Shown here piece by piece: positions 19,906 through 28,487 of a stretch of DNA of 64,000 nt. The DNA is from Oscillospiraceae bacterium. Lineage in GTDB: Bacteria > Bacillota > Clostridia > UBA1212 > SIG427. The notes beneath the pieces are model-generated. The model did no database searches. It saw only the letters and a program-made list of their open reading frames with translations, and had not been told where the DNA came from. The stretch covers positions 105,953 through 169,952 of the forward strand of contig SVJE01000002.1 of NCBI GenBank assembly GCA_015069135.1, read 5' to 3'. Position 1 is the stretch's first letter, and each line of letters opens with the position of its first letter. The position numbers and the translations under genes were made by a program.

Positions 19906-21567
19906 ATGAAAGGTCATAAGAGTTTAGTAGCCTTTTTATTAGTTGTTGCGATACTCATTACAGGAATTCCTTTAATGAAAACAGGGGTTCAAGCGTCGTC
20001 GTATACAGATGCTAATTATCAGAAATTAGCAAATTATATTAATAATTATGGTGTTACTTCAGATGATGGATATAAGACAATTATGGAATACTTATATGTG
20101 GATGGAAGTGATTTTTATTATATTATGCAGAACAAGGGAAGCGGAATAGAGTTTAGTCTGCTTGTAACAAGTGATGACTATAATAGTATAACATCGGCAA
20201 CGTCTTTTGTTTTGAAAAAATCTTCGGACAATATTTCTGTTGATTTTGCTATGCTGGTTTTTGTTTACGGTGAAGCAGTAGATGGAGTTTCAGCTACAAA
20301 AAATATTAGCAAAGCGACATATAGTAGTAACAATTATTATAGTATATATTCAAATGGCTATTTTATAACTAGTTCAGAAGCAAGTGAATATTTTAACGCA
20401 GCTTTAGAAAATTTGTTTTTATTCTGGGATTTGTGGATTTATACGAATCTTGACTTTGGTTTTAGGGATTTAGGCTTTATTTCATATGACGGCTACAGTA
20501 ACCCGGCCGGCGGTGCTTTGCCGACACCAACACCGACGACAAAGCCAACACCAAAACCAACACCAAATCCGACAGTGAAACCAACCGCAAAACCTACAAT
20601 GGCACCAACTGCAAAGCCTACTTTTAATCCTGAAACTGAATTACCGACTGGTGACTACTACTCGCTAAAGGCAGATGATGTGGAGGCGTTTAAAGCAGGA
20701 GATATTGTTGAAGTTACATTTACATTTGATGATGTTCCCGAAGATGTATCTTTACTTACTACGGATATGTTTTTTAAATATAATTTTGAGATATTAGAAC
20801 CTGTAATAGACAGCTTTAGAGACACATGTGGAAATATTAATGCAGCTAATCCGGGTGTTGAATGGTGTATGCTAAGGCGTGTGGATGGAGAAGAAGGAAT
20901 ATATGTTGGTTTTATAGAAGATAGTAAAGGCATGATTGGATCGACTATAAACGGAATGACATTTACATTAGTATTTACAGCATTAAGAGATTCTGAAACA
21001 GATGAAGTTCTTGTATTTTCAGAAGAGTGTGAGGCGTTGACTGTGGATTTTGAGGAAGTATATGGTAGTGGTGCACGTGTTAAGGTAAAAGCTCCTGCTG
21101 AGCCACCGGTGACATTGTCTTCTATTGCAGTTGACACTATGCCAAATAAAGTTACATACGAAATCGGTGAAGAATTAGATACAACAGGATTAAGTATTAT
21201 GCTGACGTATTCTGATAACAGCACAAATAAAATTTCTGAAGGTTTTATTGTAAGTGGCTTTGATTCACTTACTGCAGGCAATAAAGTGATAACCGTAACA
21301 TATGAAGGGTTAACTACAGTTTTTGAAGTAACGGTTAATAATTCCGGTGGTATTACTCTGTATGGTGATGCAGACGGAAATGGTGTTGTAAATGCAATAG
21401 ACGCCATGGTCGTATTGCAGTATGACGTTGGTTTAATTACCGGAGATCAGGTTGATTTACTTGCAGCTGATGTAGACGGAAATGGTCTTATAAATGCAAT
21501 TGATGCAATGTTGATTCTTCAGTATGATGTTGGTTTAATTACAATATTCCCGGTTGAGGAAGTATAA
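19906..21567 (+). CDS. Secreted dockerin (type I) domain protein with a Pro/Thr-rich linker and a bacterial Ig-like domain; probably a cellulosome-associated component
   Basis: Signal peptide. PT linker PTPTPTTKPTPKPTPNPTVKPTAKPT. Two C-terminal Ca-binding dockerin repeats (DADGNGVVNAIDAMVVLQYDVGLI and DVDGNGLINAIDAMLILQYDVGLI). GGAGG RBS. Confidence 0.75.
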   Translation: MKGHKSLVAFLLVVAILITGIPLMKTGVQASSYTDANYQKLANYINNYGVTSDDGYKTIMEYLYVDGSDFYYIMQNKGSGIEFSLLVTSDDYNSITSATSFVLKKSSDNISVDFAMLVFVYGEAVDGVSATKNISKATYSSNNYYSIYSNGYFITSSEASEYFNAALENLFLFWDLWIYTNLDFGFRDLGFISYDGYSNPAGGALPTPTPTTKPTPKPTPNPTVKPTAKPTMAPTAKPTFNPETELPTGDYYSLKADDVEAFKAGDIVEVTFTFDDVPEDVSLLTTDMFFKYNFEILEPVIDSFRDTCGNINAANPGVEWCMLRRVDGEEGIYVGFIEDSKGMIGSTINGMTFTLVFTALRDSETDEVLVFSEECEALTVDFEEVYGSGARVKVKAPAEPPVTLSSIAVDTMPNKVTYEIGEELDTTGLSIMLTYSDNSTNKISEGFIVSGFDSLTAGNKVITVTYEGLTTVFEVTVNNSGGITLYGDADGNGVVNAIDAMVVLQYDVGLITGDQVDLLAADVDGNGLINAIDAMLILQYDVGLITIFPVEEV

Positions 21568-21650
21568 TATATTTATAAAATAAAGCAGGGCCCTTAACTG
21601 GAGGACCCTGCTTTACTAACGTTGATATTTTACAGAACTGGTTTTTAAAA

Positions 21651-22337
21651 TCAGTTCTTTTTCTTTTTTGCTTTAAAAAAACTTACTACACCAAAACCAA
21701 CAGCCAGAATAGCAATCATTGCACCGAAACCCCACCAGATATATGTTGTACTTTCTCGGTTGTCATCTGAACTGTCAGGCCTAGCGGTGGCAGATTCAGA
21801 TCCCCAAGTGTTAGAAATGTAGAAATCAGAGAGAGTTATAGGTTTTACGGTTTCTACTACAACATATGTGCCTAAAGTGTCAGTATAGGTAGTAATTAAT
21901 CCTCCGCCATTTTTACGGCAGGCCATTATCTGAGGTGTTTCATTTTCTGAAACAGTAAGCAGCAATGTTTTTTCCATATCGTAATTTTCAGGCACATTAA
22001 AAGAAATGGCAATGGTTCCTTTTGGGTGCACAGATTCACTATTTTCTGTTGCTGTAATTTCATAAACAGTAATCTTATTTGCGTTATCTCCTAAGGTGGA
22101 TTTTAAGGACGAAACTTTGTCTGCATTTGTGATTTTTTCCACGGAAACAACAGTTTTCTCAGAAAACTCATTGCCCATAGTAGAAAAAATTCGAATGCCT
22201 TCTGATTCGTGATATGTTACAAGCTCAAAATCGGTGGACGGCTCGTCGATATTCTCACTGGCGTGTGCAGGTAAAATACAGATTACTGTACTTAATATTA
22301 ATATAAGCGTTAAAAGAATGTGTATTGTTTTTTTCAT
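21651..22337 (-). CDS. Hypothetical cell-surface protein (signal peptide plus C-terminal TM anchor with a KKKKN tail; no LPXTG)
   Basis: N-terminal signal sequence and a C-terminal hydrophobic helix followed by a basic tail. Confidence 0.3.
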   Translation of the reverse strand: MKKTIHILLTLILILSTVICILPAHASENIDEPSTDFELVTYHESEGIRIFSTMGNEFSEKTVVSVEKITNADKVSSLKSTLGDNANKITVYEITATENSESVHPKGTIAISFNVPENYDMEKTLLLTVSENETPQIMACRKNGGGLITTYTDTLGTYVVVETVKPITLSDFYISNTWGSESATARPDSSDDNRESTTYIWWGFGAMIAILAVGFGVVSFFKAKKKKN

Positions 22338-22494
22338 AAAAAACTCCTGTTTAAAAGATAGTTGAATTATAGCATGAAAAAGGAACAGTGCAAAGCTATT
22401 AACTTCGCACTGTTCCTTTGGTTTTAATTCAGTATTTTTATAGGGTTTTTATAACTAAAAGCTGTTTAGCTTTTTGTCCTGGTACATTATATCG

Positions 22495-23109
22495 CTAATC
22501 ATCCCATTCTTTTTCAAAGAAGAGAATTTTGCCGGTTTTGGCATCGATTTCATATTCATATTCAAAACCTTTGTGCTTAAAATCTACTTCGAATAATATT
22601 TTACCTTCATCTTTGTCCGCTTCAACTTTTACTTTACGAACTTTTTCGACAGTAAGTTTAGCATGAGAGAGTGCGATTTGTTTTGCTTCCTCTGGTGTAA
22701 TTGTTTTTGTGGCTGAAGTTGTATCGCCCCGACCTGCGTCGATAGCATTTACTACAGCAACAGGAGCCGCAGTTGGGTGGATGCTTTCGTCACTGGCATC
22801 AATTGCTTGAGCTGTTTGAGTCTGAGACGCCGGTGCGATCTTTTCAGTACCGCCTGCGTCAATAGCATTTACTATGGCAACAGGAGCCGCAGTTGGGTGA
22901 ATGCTTTCATCACTGGCATCAACTGCCTCTACAACTGCAACCTGAGGTGCAATTTCAGGGTTTATTTCTGCCTGGGTGGCATCATTTGCTGCAATAGCAT
23001 CTGCTTTAACAACAGCGGGTGGGATTGTAGTATTGGTGTCTTCCACAGGTGTAGTGTAGGAGCCTGCAAGAAGTGCGAAAACCAACGTGAAAATTAATGG
23101 TAACTTCAT
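22495..23109 (-). CDS. Secreted PepSY-domain protein with an internal ~40-aa tandem repeat
   Basis: Signal peptide. The C-terminal PepSY-like region reads ITPEEAKQIALSHAKLTVEKVRKVKVEADKDEGKILFEVDF. AGGAG RBS. Confidence 0.5.
   Translation of the reverse strand: MKLPLIFTLVFALLAGSYTTPVEDTNTTIPPAVVKADAIAANDATQAEINPEIAPQVAVVEAVDASDESIHPTAAPVAIVNAIDAGGTEKIAPASQTQTAQAIDASDESIHPTAAPVAVVNAIDAGRGDTTSATKTITPEEAKQIALSHAKLTVEKVRKVKVEADKDEGKILFEVDFKHKGFEYEYEIDAKTGKILFFEKEWDD
22741..22926. repeat. Intragenic tandem repeat (120-bp period; 66-bp core about 90% identical, two copies) encoding AIDASDESIHPTAAPVAVVNAIDAG
   Basis: Direct comparison of 22741-22806 with 22861-22926. Confidence 0.7.
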
Positions 23110-23189
23110 GGTTGTAGTCTCCTTTCAATTTTAAGTTGAAAAAGGGGAAAGTTTAAACCCTAAGAGCCTTTCCCCTTGGTATAACAAGA

Positions 23190-23735
23190 TTAACCGAAGT
23201 ATCTTGCCAAGAGGCCTTCAAAAGCCTTACCATGGCGAGCCTCGTCGCGGGCCATTTCGTGCACTGTGTCATGGATAGCGTCTAAACCTAACTCTTTAGC
23301 TAATTTAGCAAGTTCAAACTTACCTAATGTAGCGCCGTTTTCCGCATCTACTCTGAGCTCAAGATTTTTCTTTGTAGAGTCAGTTACAACTTCTCCTAAC
23401 AACTCAGCAAATTTAGCTGCGTGCTCAGCTTCCTCGTAAGCTGCTTTTTCCCAGTAGAGACCGATTTCAGGATAACCTTCACGGTGTGCTACTCTTGCCA
23501 TTGCTAAGTACATACCTACTTCGGAACATTCGCCCTCAAAGTTAGCTCTTAATCCTTCGATAATTCTCGGATCAACTCCCTTAGCTACGCCTACAACATG
23601 CTCTGCTGCCCAAGTTCTTTCGCCTTCTTCCTGCAAATTGAATTTCTCAGCAGGAACCTTGCACTGTGGGCAAAAATCAGGAGCACTGTCTCCTACATGA
23701 ACATAACCGCAAACTGAACATACATACTTTTTCAT
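23190..23735 (-). CDS. rbr: Reverse rubrerythrin (N-terminal rubredoxin-like CxxC..CxxC domain plus a ferritin-like diiron domain)
   Basis: [27 protein letters not shown] at the N-terminus, then ExxH diiron motifs. GGAGG RBS. The gene is followed by an intrinsic terminator at 23136-23180. Confidence 0.8.
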   Translation of the reverse strand: MKKYVCSVCGYVHVGDSAPDFCPQCKVPAEKFNLQEEGERTWAAEHVVGVAKGVDPRIIEGLRANFEGECSEVGMYLAMARVAHREGYPEIGLYWEKAAYEEAEHAAKFAELLGEVVTDSTKKNLELRVDAENGATLGKFELAKLAKELGLDAIHDTVHEMARDEARHGKAFEGLLARYFG

Positions 23736-23781
23736 AATAAAAACCTCCAAATAAATTCATAAATTTAAATTTTTTCTTTTT

Positions 23782-24159
23782 TTATATATTTTCTGCACAC
23801 TGGCAGCAAATACCTTTAACACTTATGAAGCAGGCCACCGGATTTATTCCTGTCTGAGAGAAAACTTCCTTTTCGGTTTCACTCATATCATATTCGAAAT
23901 CCATTACCTTTCCACACCTTATACAGGATGCATGTTGGTGGGGGTGAAGGGTTCCGTCGTATCTGTCAGGTCCATCTGCCATGGTAAGCTTAATAATTTC
24001 ACCGGCTTCTGCTAACTGATTAAGATCTCTGTAAACCGTTCCCATACTTATCTCAGGATTTGTCCTATGAACTATCTCGTAGACTTCCTCTGCAGTGGGA
24101 TGAATTTTGTTATTCATAACTGCTTCTTTAATAATTTCTCTCTTACGAGAATATCTCAT
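23782..24159 (-). CDS. perR: Fur-family peroxide-responsive repressor (PerR-like)
   Basis: Fur-family winged-helix N-terminus and C-terminal CxxC...CxxC. The gene lies immediately upstream of rubrerythrin, in the perR-rbr arrangement described for C. acetobutylicum. Confidence 0.65.
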   Translation of the reverse strand: MRYSRKREIIKEAVMNNKIHPTAEEVYEIVHRTNPEISMGTVYRDLNQLAEAGEIIKLTMADGPDRYDGTLHPHQHASCIRCGKVMDFEYDMSETEKEVFSQTGINPVACFISVKGICCQCAENI

Positions 24160-24191
24160 GGTGTCTCCTCCTCTCAAAGTTTATTATCACT

Positions 24192-24248
24192 AACAGTAAT
24201 GATTACTGTTTACGGTTATAATTATAGCAGATAAAAATTCTATGTCAA
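24192..24248 (-). promoter_or_regulatory. Sigma-A promoter for perR-rbr (TTGACA-16-TATAAT on the minus strand), with a 19-bp Fur/PerR-box-like palindrome AACAGTAATGATTACTGTT just downstream of the -10 element
   Basis: Reverse complement of 24216-24248 reads TTGACAtagaatttttatctgcTATAAT. The palindrome spans 24192-24210. Confidence 0.55.
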
Positions 24249-24285
24249 CACTTTTTTGAAAAAATTTTAGTTTTTAAGTAAAAGG

Positions 24286-24305
24286 AATATTTCCCGGGAA
24301 ATATT
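24286..24305. promoter_or_regulatory. Perfect 20-bp palindrome AATATTTCCCGGGAAATATT of unknown role
   Basis: Read directly from the sequence. It is not followed by a T-run. Confidence 0.3.
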
Positions 24306-24385
24306 ACAGGGTATTTATCATAAATAAATAGACGAATATAGCTCTTGATGTTAAATGAAAAGATATGATAGTCTTTGGATTGTAA

Positions 24386-24612
24386 GGCAGACCTTAAAAC
24401 GGTAGGCGGTTTAGCCCTTCAGAAGAAGGAAACAATCCTTCGGAAAGGGGTGGTGCTTATGGTTACATACGAAGAGCTGTTTCTTTTAGGAACGTTGATA
24501 GTAGAAATCATTACACTGATTTTGCTGATAAAGGCAAAAAAATAAACCGCCGTCCCCAAACGTTGCGGTTTATTTTAAAAACAACCAAGGGCTAACCGTC
24601 TATCGGTCTGCC
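24386..24612 (+). repeat. Copy 1 of a tandemly duplicated ~230-nt structured element bounded by complementary termini (GGCAGACC...GGTCTGCC) and containing a 28-codon ORF
   Basis: About 88% identical to copy 2, which starts 334 bp downstream. The 5' and 3' ends can form a ~25-bp helix. Confidence 0.7.
24459..24545 (+). CDS. 28-aa hydrophobic peptide MVTYEELFLLGTLIVEIITLILLIKAKK (candidate type I toxin, copy 1)
   Basis: SD-like AAAGGGGTGGTG lies 5 nt upstream of the ATG. The peptide has a TM helix plus a KAKK tail and is followed by a hairpin and T-run. Copy 2 differs mainly by synonymous changes. Confidence 0.45.
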   Translation: MVTYEELFLLGTLIVEIITLILLIKAKK

Positions 24613-24632
24613 TTATCTCTGCTGATATTCTA
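24546..24632 (-). ncRNA. Candidate antisense RNA (antitoxin, copy 1): minus-strand promoter TTGACA(24651-24656)-18-TAGAAT(24627-24632), ending at the shared bidirectional terminator 24546-24578
   Basis: Near-consensus promoter reading convergently into the 3' end of the peptide transcript. The terminator hairpin is followed by a T-run on the minus strand. Confidence 0.35.
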
Positions 24633-24719
24633 TACCAATAATAATCATTATGTCAACAAATCACAAGACATTTACCAACCTTGCAGTAGCTTAAATTACG
24701 GTGATAAACTTTACTTGTA

Positions 24720-24951
24720 GGCAGACCCTGAAACGGTAGGAGGTTTAGCCCTCTTGAAGAAGGAAACCATCCTTCGGAAAGGGGGTGGTGCTTATGGTTA
24801 CATACGAAGAATTGTTTCTTTTAGGAACATTAATAGTAGAAATAATTACACTAGTTTTGTTTATAAAGACAAAAAAATAAACCGCCGTCCCCAAACGTCG
24901 CGGTTTATTTCTTAAACCAAAACAAGAGGGCTAACCGTCTATCGGTCTGCC
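24720..24951 (+). repeat. Copy 2 of the structured element
   Basis: Aligns end to end with copy 1. It shows a compensatory change in the 5'/3' closing helix (GCCCTT/AAGGGC in copy 1, GCCCTC/GAGGGC in copy 2). Confidence 0.7.
24794..24880 (+). CDS. 28-aa hydrophobic peptide MVTYEELFLLGTLIVEIITLVLFIKTKK (candidate type I toxin, copy 2)
   Basis: Nine codon differences from copy 1, of which six are synonymous and three conservative. Same SD and terminator context. Confidence 0.45.
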   Translation: MVTYEELFLLGTLIVEIITLVLFIKTKK

Positions 24952-24973
24952 TTATCTCTGTTAATATTTTATA
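24881..24973 (-). ncRNA. Candidate antisense RNA (copy 2): minus-strand promoter TTGACA(24990-24995)-16-TATAAA(24968-24973), terminator 24881-24913
   Basis: Same architecture as copy 1. Confidence 0.35.
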
Positions 24974-25089
24974 TTACAAACAATATAGCTGTCAACATTG
25001 GAAAAAACTTGATTTTACTTGACCCGGATATTCATACCAATTAAAATAGGAGTAAGTTCAACAAAAATTTAAGGAGCTATCAATTTGAA

Positions 25090-25275
25090 TGGATAATACG
25101 CAATTGTAAGTTGTTTTATTAATTTATGTATAGGCTCAATGTATGCTTGGAGTAGTTTGTCTGCTCCTATGGCAAAAGAACTTAGCGCAGATTTGCCATA
25201 GCACTTATACTGGCTCTTACCGGTATAGTTTTAAGCTTTGTATATCGAAAAATGTTGAAAAATTTGAAAGTATAA
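25090..25275 (+). pseudogene. Remnant of an MFS (oxalate/formate-antiporter-like) transporter gene: an N-terminal fragment with frameshifts joined to the last ~27 codons
   Basis: Reads ...IGSMYAWSSLSAPMAKELSADLP* (an OFA-family GxxYAWS-type N-terminal motif), then an in-frame C-terminal helix AIALILALTGIVLSFVYRKMLKNLKV*. There is no intact ORF. Confidence 0.35.
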
Positions 25276-25294
25276 AAACAAGAAAGACATAATT

Positions 25295-26143
25295 ATGGAA
25301 AAGAAAACATACACTAACATACCTAAAGGTCTGATTCTATTAATGATAATTTTTGCTGTAATAGTTACAGTAATATATTTTGGTGTAATAAGAAAAGATT
25401 CTGATTTACATGGATCAGATGACACTATTTTACAGACCACAGAAAAAACAGAGGAGGGTTCAACTGTGACTCCTGATAATAACGCCACACCGGTACCGGG
25501 ACTCAGCACCGAAATTTCAAAACTCTCTATAGCAGAAAAGGCTGATGTAATTTTTCTTGTAGTGGAAGGCGGGGACAAAGCTGAGTGTACATTCAGAGCT
25601 TTTACCCGTAGCGGAGGCAGCTGGAAACAGGAATTTCAGGTGCCGGGATTTATTGGTAAAAACGGTGTGAACTATGACAGGCGTCGTGAAGGAGACTATA
25701 CAACTCCCGGTGGTGTGTACCCTATGAAAGAGTGTTTCGGAATTCTGGATGCACCGGAAGGCCTTTCCCTTGATTACACAAAGATCACCAAAGCTCATTA
25801 CTGGGACGGAGATCAGCGATCCCCTTATTACAACACTATGGTAGACTCCGGTAAAATGTTCGATGGTTGGAACAGAGGTGCCGGTGAGCACTTGATTGAG
25901 TATACAGAACAATATCGTTATTGCATGAATGTTGGATTCAATTGTGATCCGGCAGTTCCCGGTGTGGGATTTGCGATATTTTTACATTGTACCAGAGAAG
26001 GCATGAAAAACACAGGAGGATGCATAGCCATACCTGTTGAGCAGATGGTAAAATGCCTGGAGATGGCCACAGAAAACACATATATTATAATATTAAAAGA
26101 TGAGGCACACATCAGCAAAGCAGAGGAAATAATTAACAAATAA
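25295..26143 (+). CDS. Membrane-anchored secreted protein, possibly an L,D-transpeptidase (YkuD-like)
   Basis: N-terminal TM helix. The C-terminal FLHCTREGMKNTGGCIAIP resembles the LdtD H...(S/T)xGC catalytic motif. Confidence 0.4.
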   Translation: MEKKTYTNIPKGLILLMIIFAVIVTVIYFGVIRKDSDLHGSDDTILQTTEKTEEGSTVTPDNNATPVPGLSTEISKLSIAEKADVIFLVVEGGDKAECTFRAFTRSGGSWKQEFQVPGFIGKNGVNYDRRREGDYTTPGGVYPMKECFGILDAPEGLSLDYTKITKAHYWDGDQRSPYYNTMVDSGKMFDGWNRGAGEHLIEYTEQYRYCMNVGFNCDPAVPGVGFAIFLHCTREGMKNTGGCIAIPVEQMVKCLEMATENTYIIILKDEAHISKAEEIINK

Positions 26144-26217
26144 ATGTTCGATAAAACGATTGACAAACACGAACAAAAGTACTAGAATAAAAAGCACTTT
26201 CAGGAGGTGCTTTTTTT

Positions 26218-27651
26218 ATGGCTGATTTTTCTTTTGATAGAATATTTGAAAAGTTGAATATTTTAGGAGAGGCTGCTAAATTTGATGTTTCCTGTGTATC
26301 ATCAGGCGTAAACAGAAAAGGAAGTGGTAAAGCGGGAACCATAGGTAGTAGTGTCTGCTCAGGAATATGCCACTCTTTTACTGCTGACGGAAGATGTGTG
26401 TCTCTTCTTAAGGTGCTTTTGAGCAACGACTGTGTATATGACTGCAAGTATTGTATTAACAGAAGAACCGAGGACAAGCCAAGAGTGAGTTTTACTCCTG
26501 AAGAGCTGGCAGAACTCACTATAGAGTTCTATAGACGGAATTATATCGAAGGACTTTTCTTAAGCTCGGCGGTGGTAATAAGTCCCGACCATACCATGGA
26601 ACAGATGTGTAGAGTGCTTATGATTTTAAGAAGGGAAAGAGGTTTTTTTGGATATATTCACGTTAAAGCAATACCGGGGGCTTCCCCTGAACTTATAGAA
26701 TTAGCCGGTAGGTTGGCAGATCGTATGAGTCTTAATGTGGAGTTTCCGGGGGAAGAGGGCTTGAAAAAATTTGCCCCTCAAAAGAAGAAGGAAAATATTT
26801 TTGGCACAATGAAATATATAGAAGGTCGAATTGCCGAAGATAAAGATACATGGATTTTCAAAAAACGCATAGGTGCAAGCCGGAATGAAATTTTACTAAA
26901 GGAAGATAACCTGCCGGAGCTTTATGGCACACAGCAATACATGCCTAAGAGTTATGGAACAAAGGATTTTAAATCCCGTAATTTTGTTCCCGGTGGTCAG
27001 AGCACACAAATGATTATAGGGGCCACAGATGATTCGGATAAGAAAATAATTAAACTTACGGAATCTATGTATAAGAAATTATCTTTAAAGAGAGTTTTTT
27101 ATTCTGCGTTTGTACCTGTTAACAAGGATCCCTTGCTGCCGACGGTACCGCCACCTTTGTTAAGAGAGCACAGACTTTATCAGGCGGACTGGCTTTTGAG
27201 GTTCTATGGTTTTTCTGCTGATGAAATTCTTGATGATGAAGATCCTTATCTGGATCTGGAATTTGATCCTAAATGCACTTGGGCATTAAGACACATGGAA
27301 TTGTTTCCTATTGAGATTAACAATGCAGACAGGGATACCTTGTTACGTATTCCGGGGATAGGTGTAAGGTCAGTAAGCAAGATAATAAAGGCAAGACAAA
27401 GCAGAAGTCTTGATTTTGATGATTTGAGAAAACTGGGCATAGTTCTTAAAAGAGCAAGATTTTTTATAATTTGTAAAGGAAAAACTATGGGTCCTATGGA
27501 TGGAGATCCGGCTTTTATAAAAGCAAATTTAAGTTATGATATAAGAAGTGTTGGGGTTACTTCCGGATATGTTCAATTGTCCTTTTTTGATAGCAATGAT
27601 AAAGAACTGTTACCGCGCCAGACTACCGGAGGGGAAAGGGGAGTGATGTAA
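26218..27651 (+). CDS. Putative DNA modification/repair radical SAM protein (radical-SAM core plus C-terminal helix-hairpin-helix)
   Basis: CVYDCKYC gives CX3CX2C. The C-terminal HhH reads LLRIPGIGVRSVSKIIKARQ. Always paired with the next gene. Confidence 0.6.
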   Translation: MADFSFDRIFEKLNILGEAAKFDVSCVSSGVNRKGSGKAGTIGSSVCSGICHSFTADGRCVSLLKVLLSNDCVYDCKYCINRRTEDKPRVSFTPEELAELTIEFYRRNYIEGLFLSSAVVISPDHTMEQMCRVLMILRRERGFFGYIHVKAIPGASPELIELAGRLADRMSLNVEFPGEEGLKKFAPQKKKENIFGTMKYIEGRIAEDKDTWIFKKRIGASRNEILLKEDNLPELYGTQQYMPKSYGTKDFKSRNFVPGGQSTQMIIGATDDSDKKIIKLTESMYKKLSLKRVFYSAFVPVNKDPLLPTVPPPLLREHRLYQADWLLRFYGFSADEILDDEDPYLDLEFDPKCTWALRHMELFPIEINNADRDTLLRIPGIGVRSVSKIIKARQSRSLDFDDLRKLGIVLKRARFFIICKGKTMGPMDGDPAFIKANLSYDIRSVGVTSGYVQLSFFDSNDKELLPRQTTGGERGVM

Positions 27652-27652
27652 T

Positions 27653-28420
27653 ATGTCTGCTGATGCTATAGAAACCAACAGAGAACACTATATCTACATA
27701 TATGATGGGAGTTTTGAAGGCTTTTTATCTGTTGTGTTTGAAGCTTGGAAAATAAGTCCTTCTATTATAGAAATAAAAGCGGGAGAAAATTCATCCCCGG
27801 GGTTTTTTGATAAGGATATTTATATAATTACAGATATTACAAAAACAGCCAGAGTTCTTAAATGGATGAGAGAGACACTTCCTTTGGAAACCACAGAAAG
27901 AATATACGATTATTTTGCCTCAGAGGACGAGGGTTGCGAAAAACGTATATATTTGTATTTAAGAGCCTGCCATAAGTTGGGCAGATGGGTGGATTCTTTT
28001 CTGACAGAGGAATGTGTAGCGGATTTTCTTAGGGCGGAAAAACATTTTAACAACGAACATCACAGAATGAGAGGCTTCACTCGATTTTCAGTACTTAAGG
28101 GTGGTGTTATGTATGCGGAAATAGAGACGGATTTTAATCAACTTCAAAGACTGGCAAGGTTCTTTTTAGACCGCATGCCTGGCAATCGTTTTATGATTTA
28201 TGACAGCAAAAGGCATAAAGCGGTTATCTGTGACGGCTACCGATGGGGTGTAATGGAAAATATAACTCCGCAGAGTATTGAAGAACAAAAAGATGATAGT
28301 TTTGAAAAACTATGGAGGACATATTTAAAAGCAGTAACCATAGAAGAGAGAAAAAACCACAAATTACAAAAGCAACTGATGCCTTTAAAATACAGAAAAA
28401 ATATTACAGAATTTCAGTAA
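27653..28420 (+). CDS. Probable DNA metabolism protein (DUF4130 / uracil-DNA-glycosylase-like partner of the radical SAM protein)
   Basis: Overlaps the upstream stop. This is the conserved two-gene arrangement. Confidence 0.5.
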   Translation: MSADAIETNREHYIYIYDGSFEGFLSVVFEAWKISPSIIEIKAGENSSPGFFDKDIYIITDITKTARVLKWMRETLPLETTERIYDYFASEDEGCEKRIYLYLRACHKLGRWVDSFLTEECVADFLRAEKHFNNEHHRMRGFTRFSVLKGGVMYAEIETDFNQLQRLARFFLDRMPGNRFMIYDSKRHKAVICDGYRWGVMENITPQSIEEQKDDSFEKLWRTYLKAVTIEERKNHKLQKQLMPLKYRKNITEFQ

Positions 28421-28487
28421 CAAACATAAACCCTGTGCCATAGTATATTAGTGTAGAACAAAACAAATTAACATGGAGGTATTTCCT

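Noticed and set aside
20658-21407. 249-aa minus-strand ORF inside the dockerin protein gene
   Set aside because: Ser/Thr/Val-rich mirror of the sense coding sequence with no translation start signals. Antisense artefact.
24386-24393. A shared GGCAGACC string between the TA-like element termini and the 27-bp palindrome family
   Set aside because: It is only an 8-mer coincidence. The flanking sequence, length and architecture differ, so I treat them as unrelated elements.
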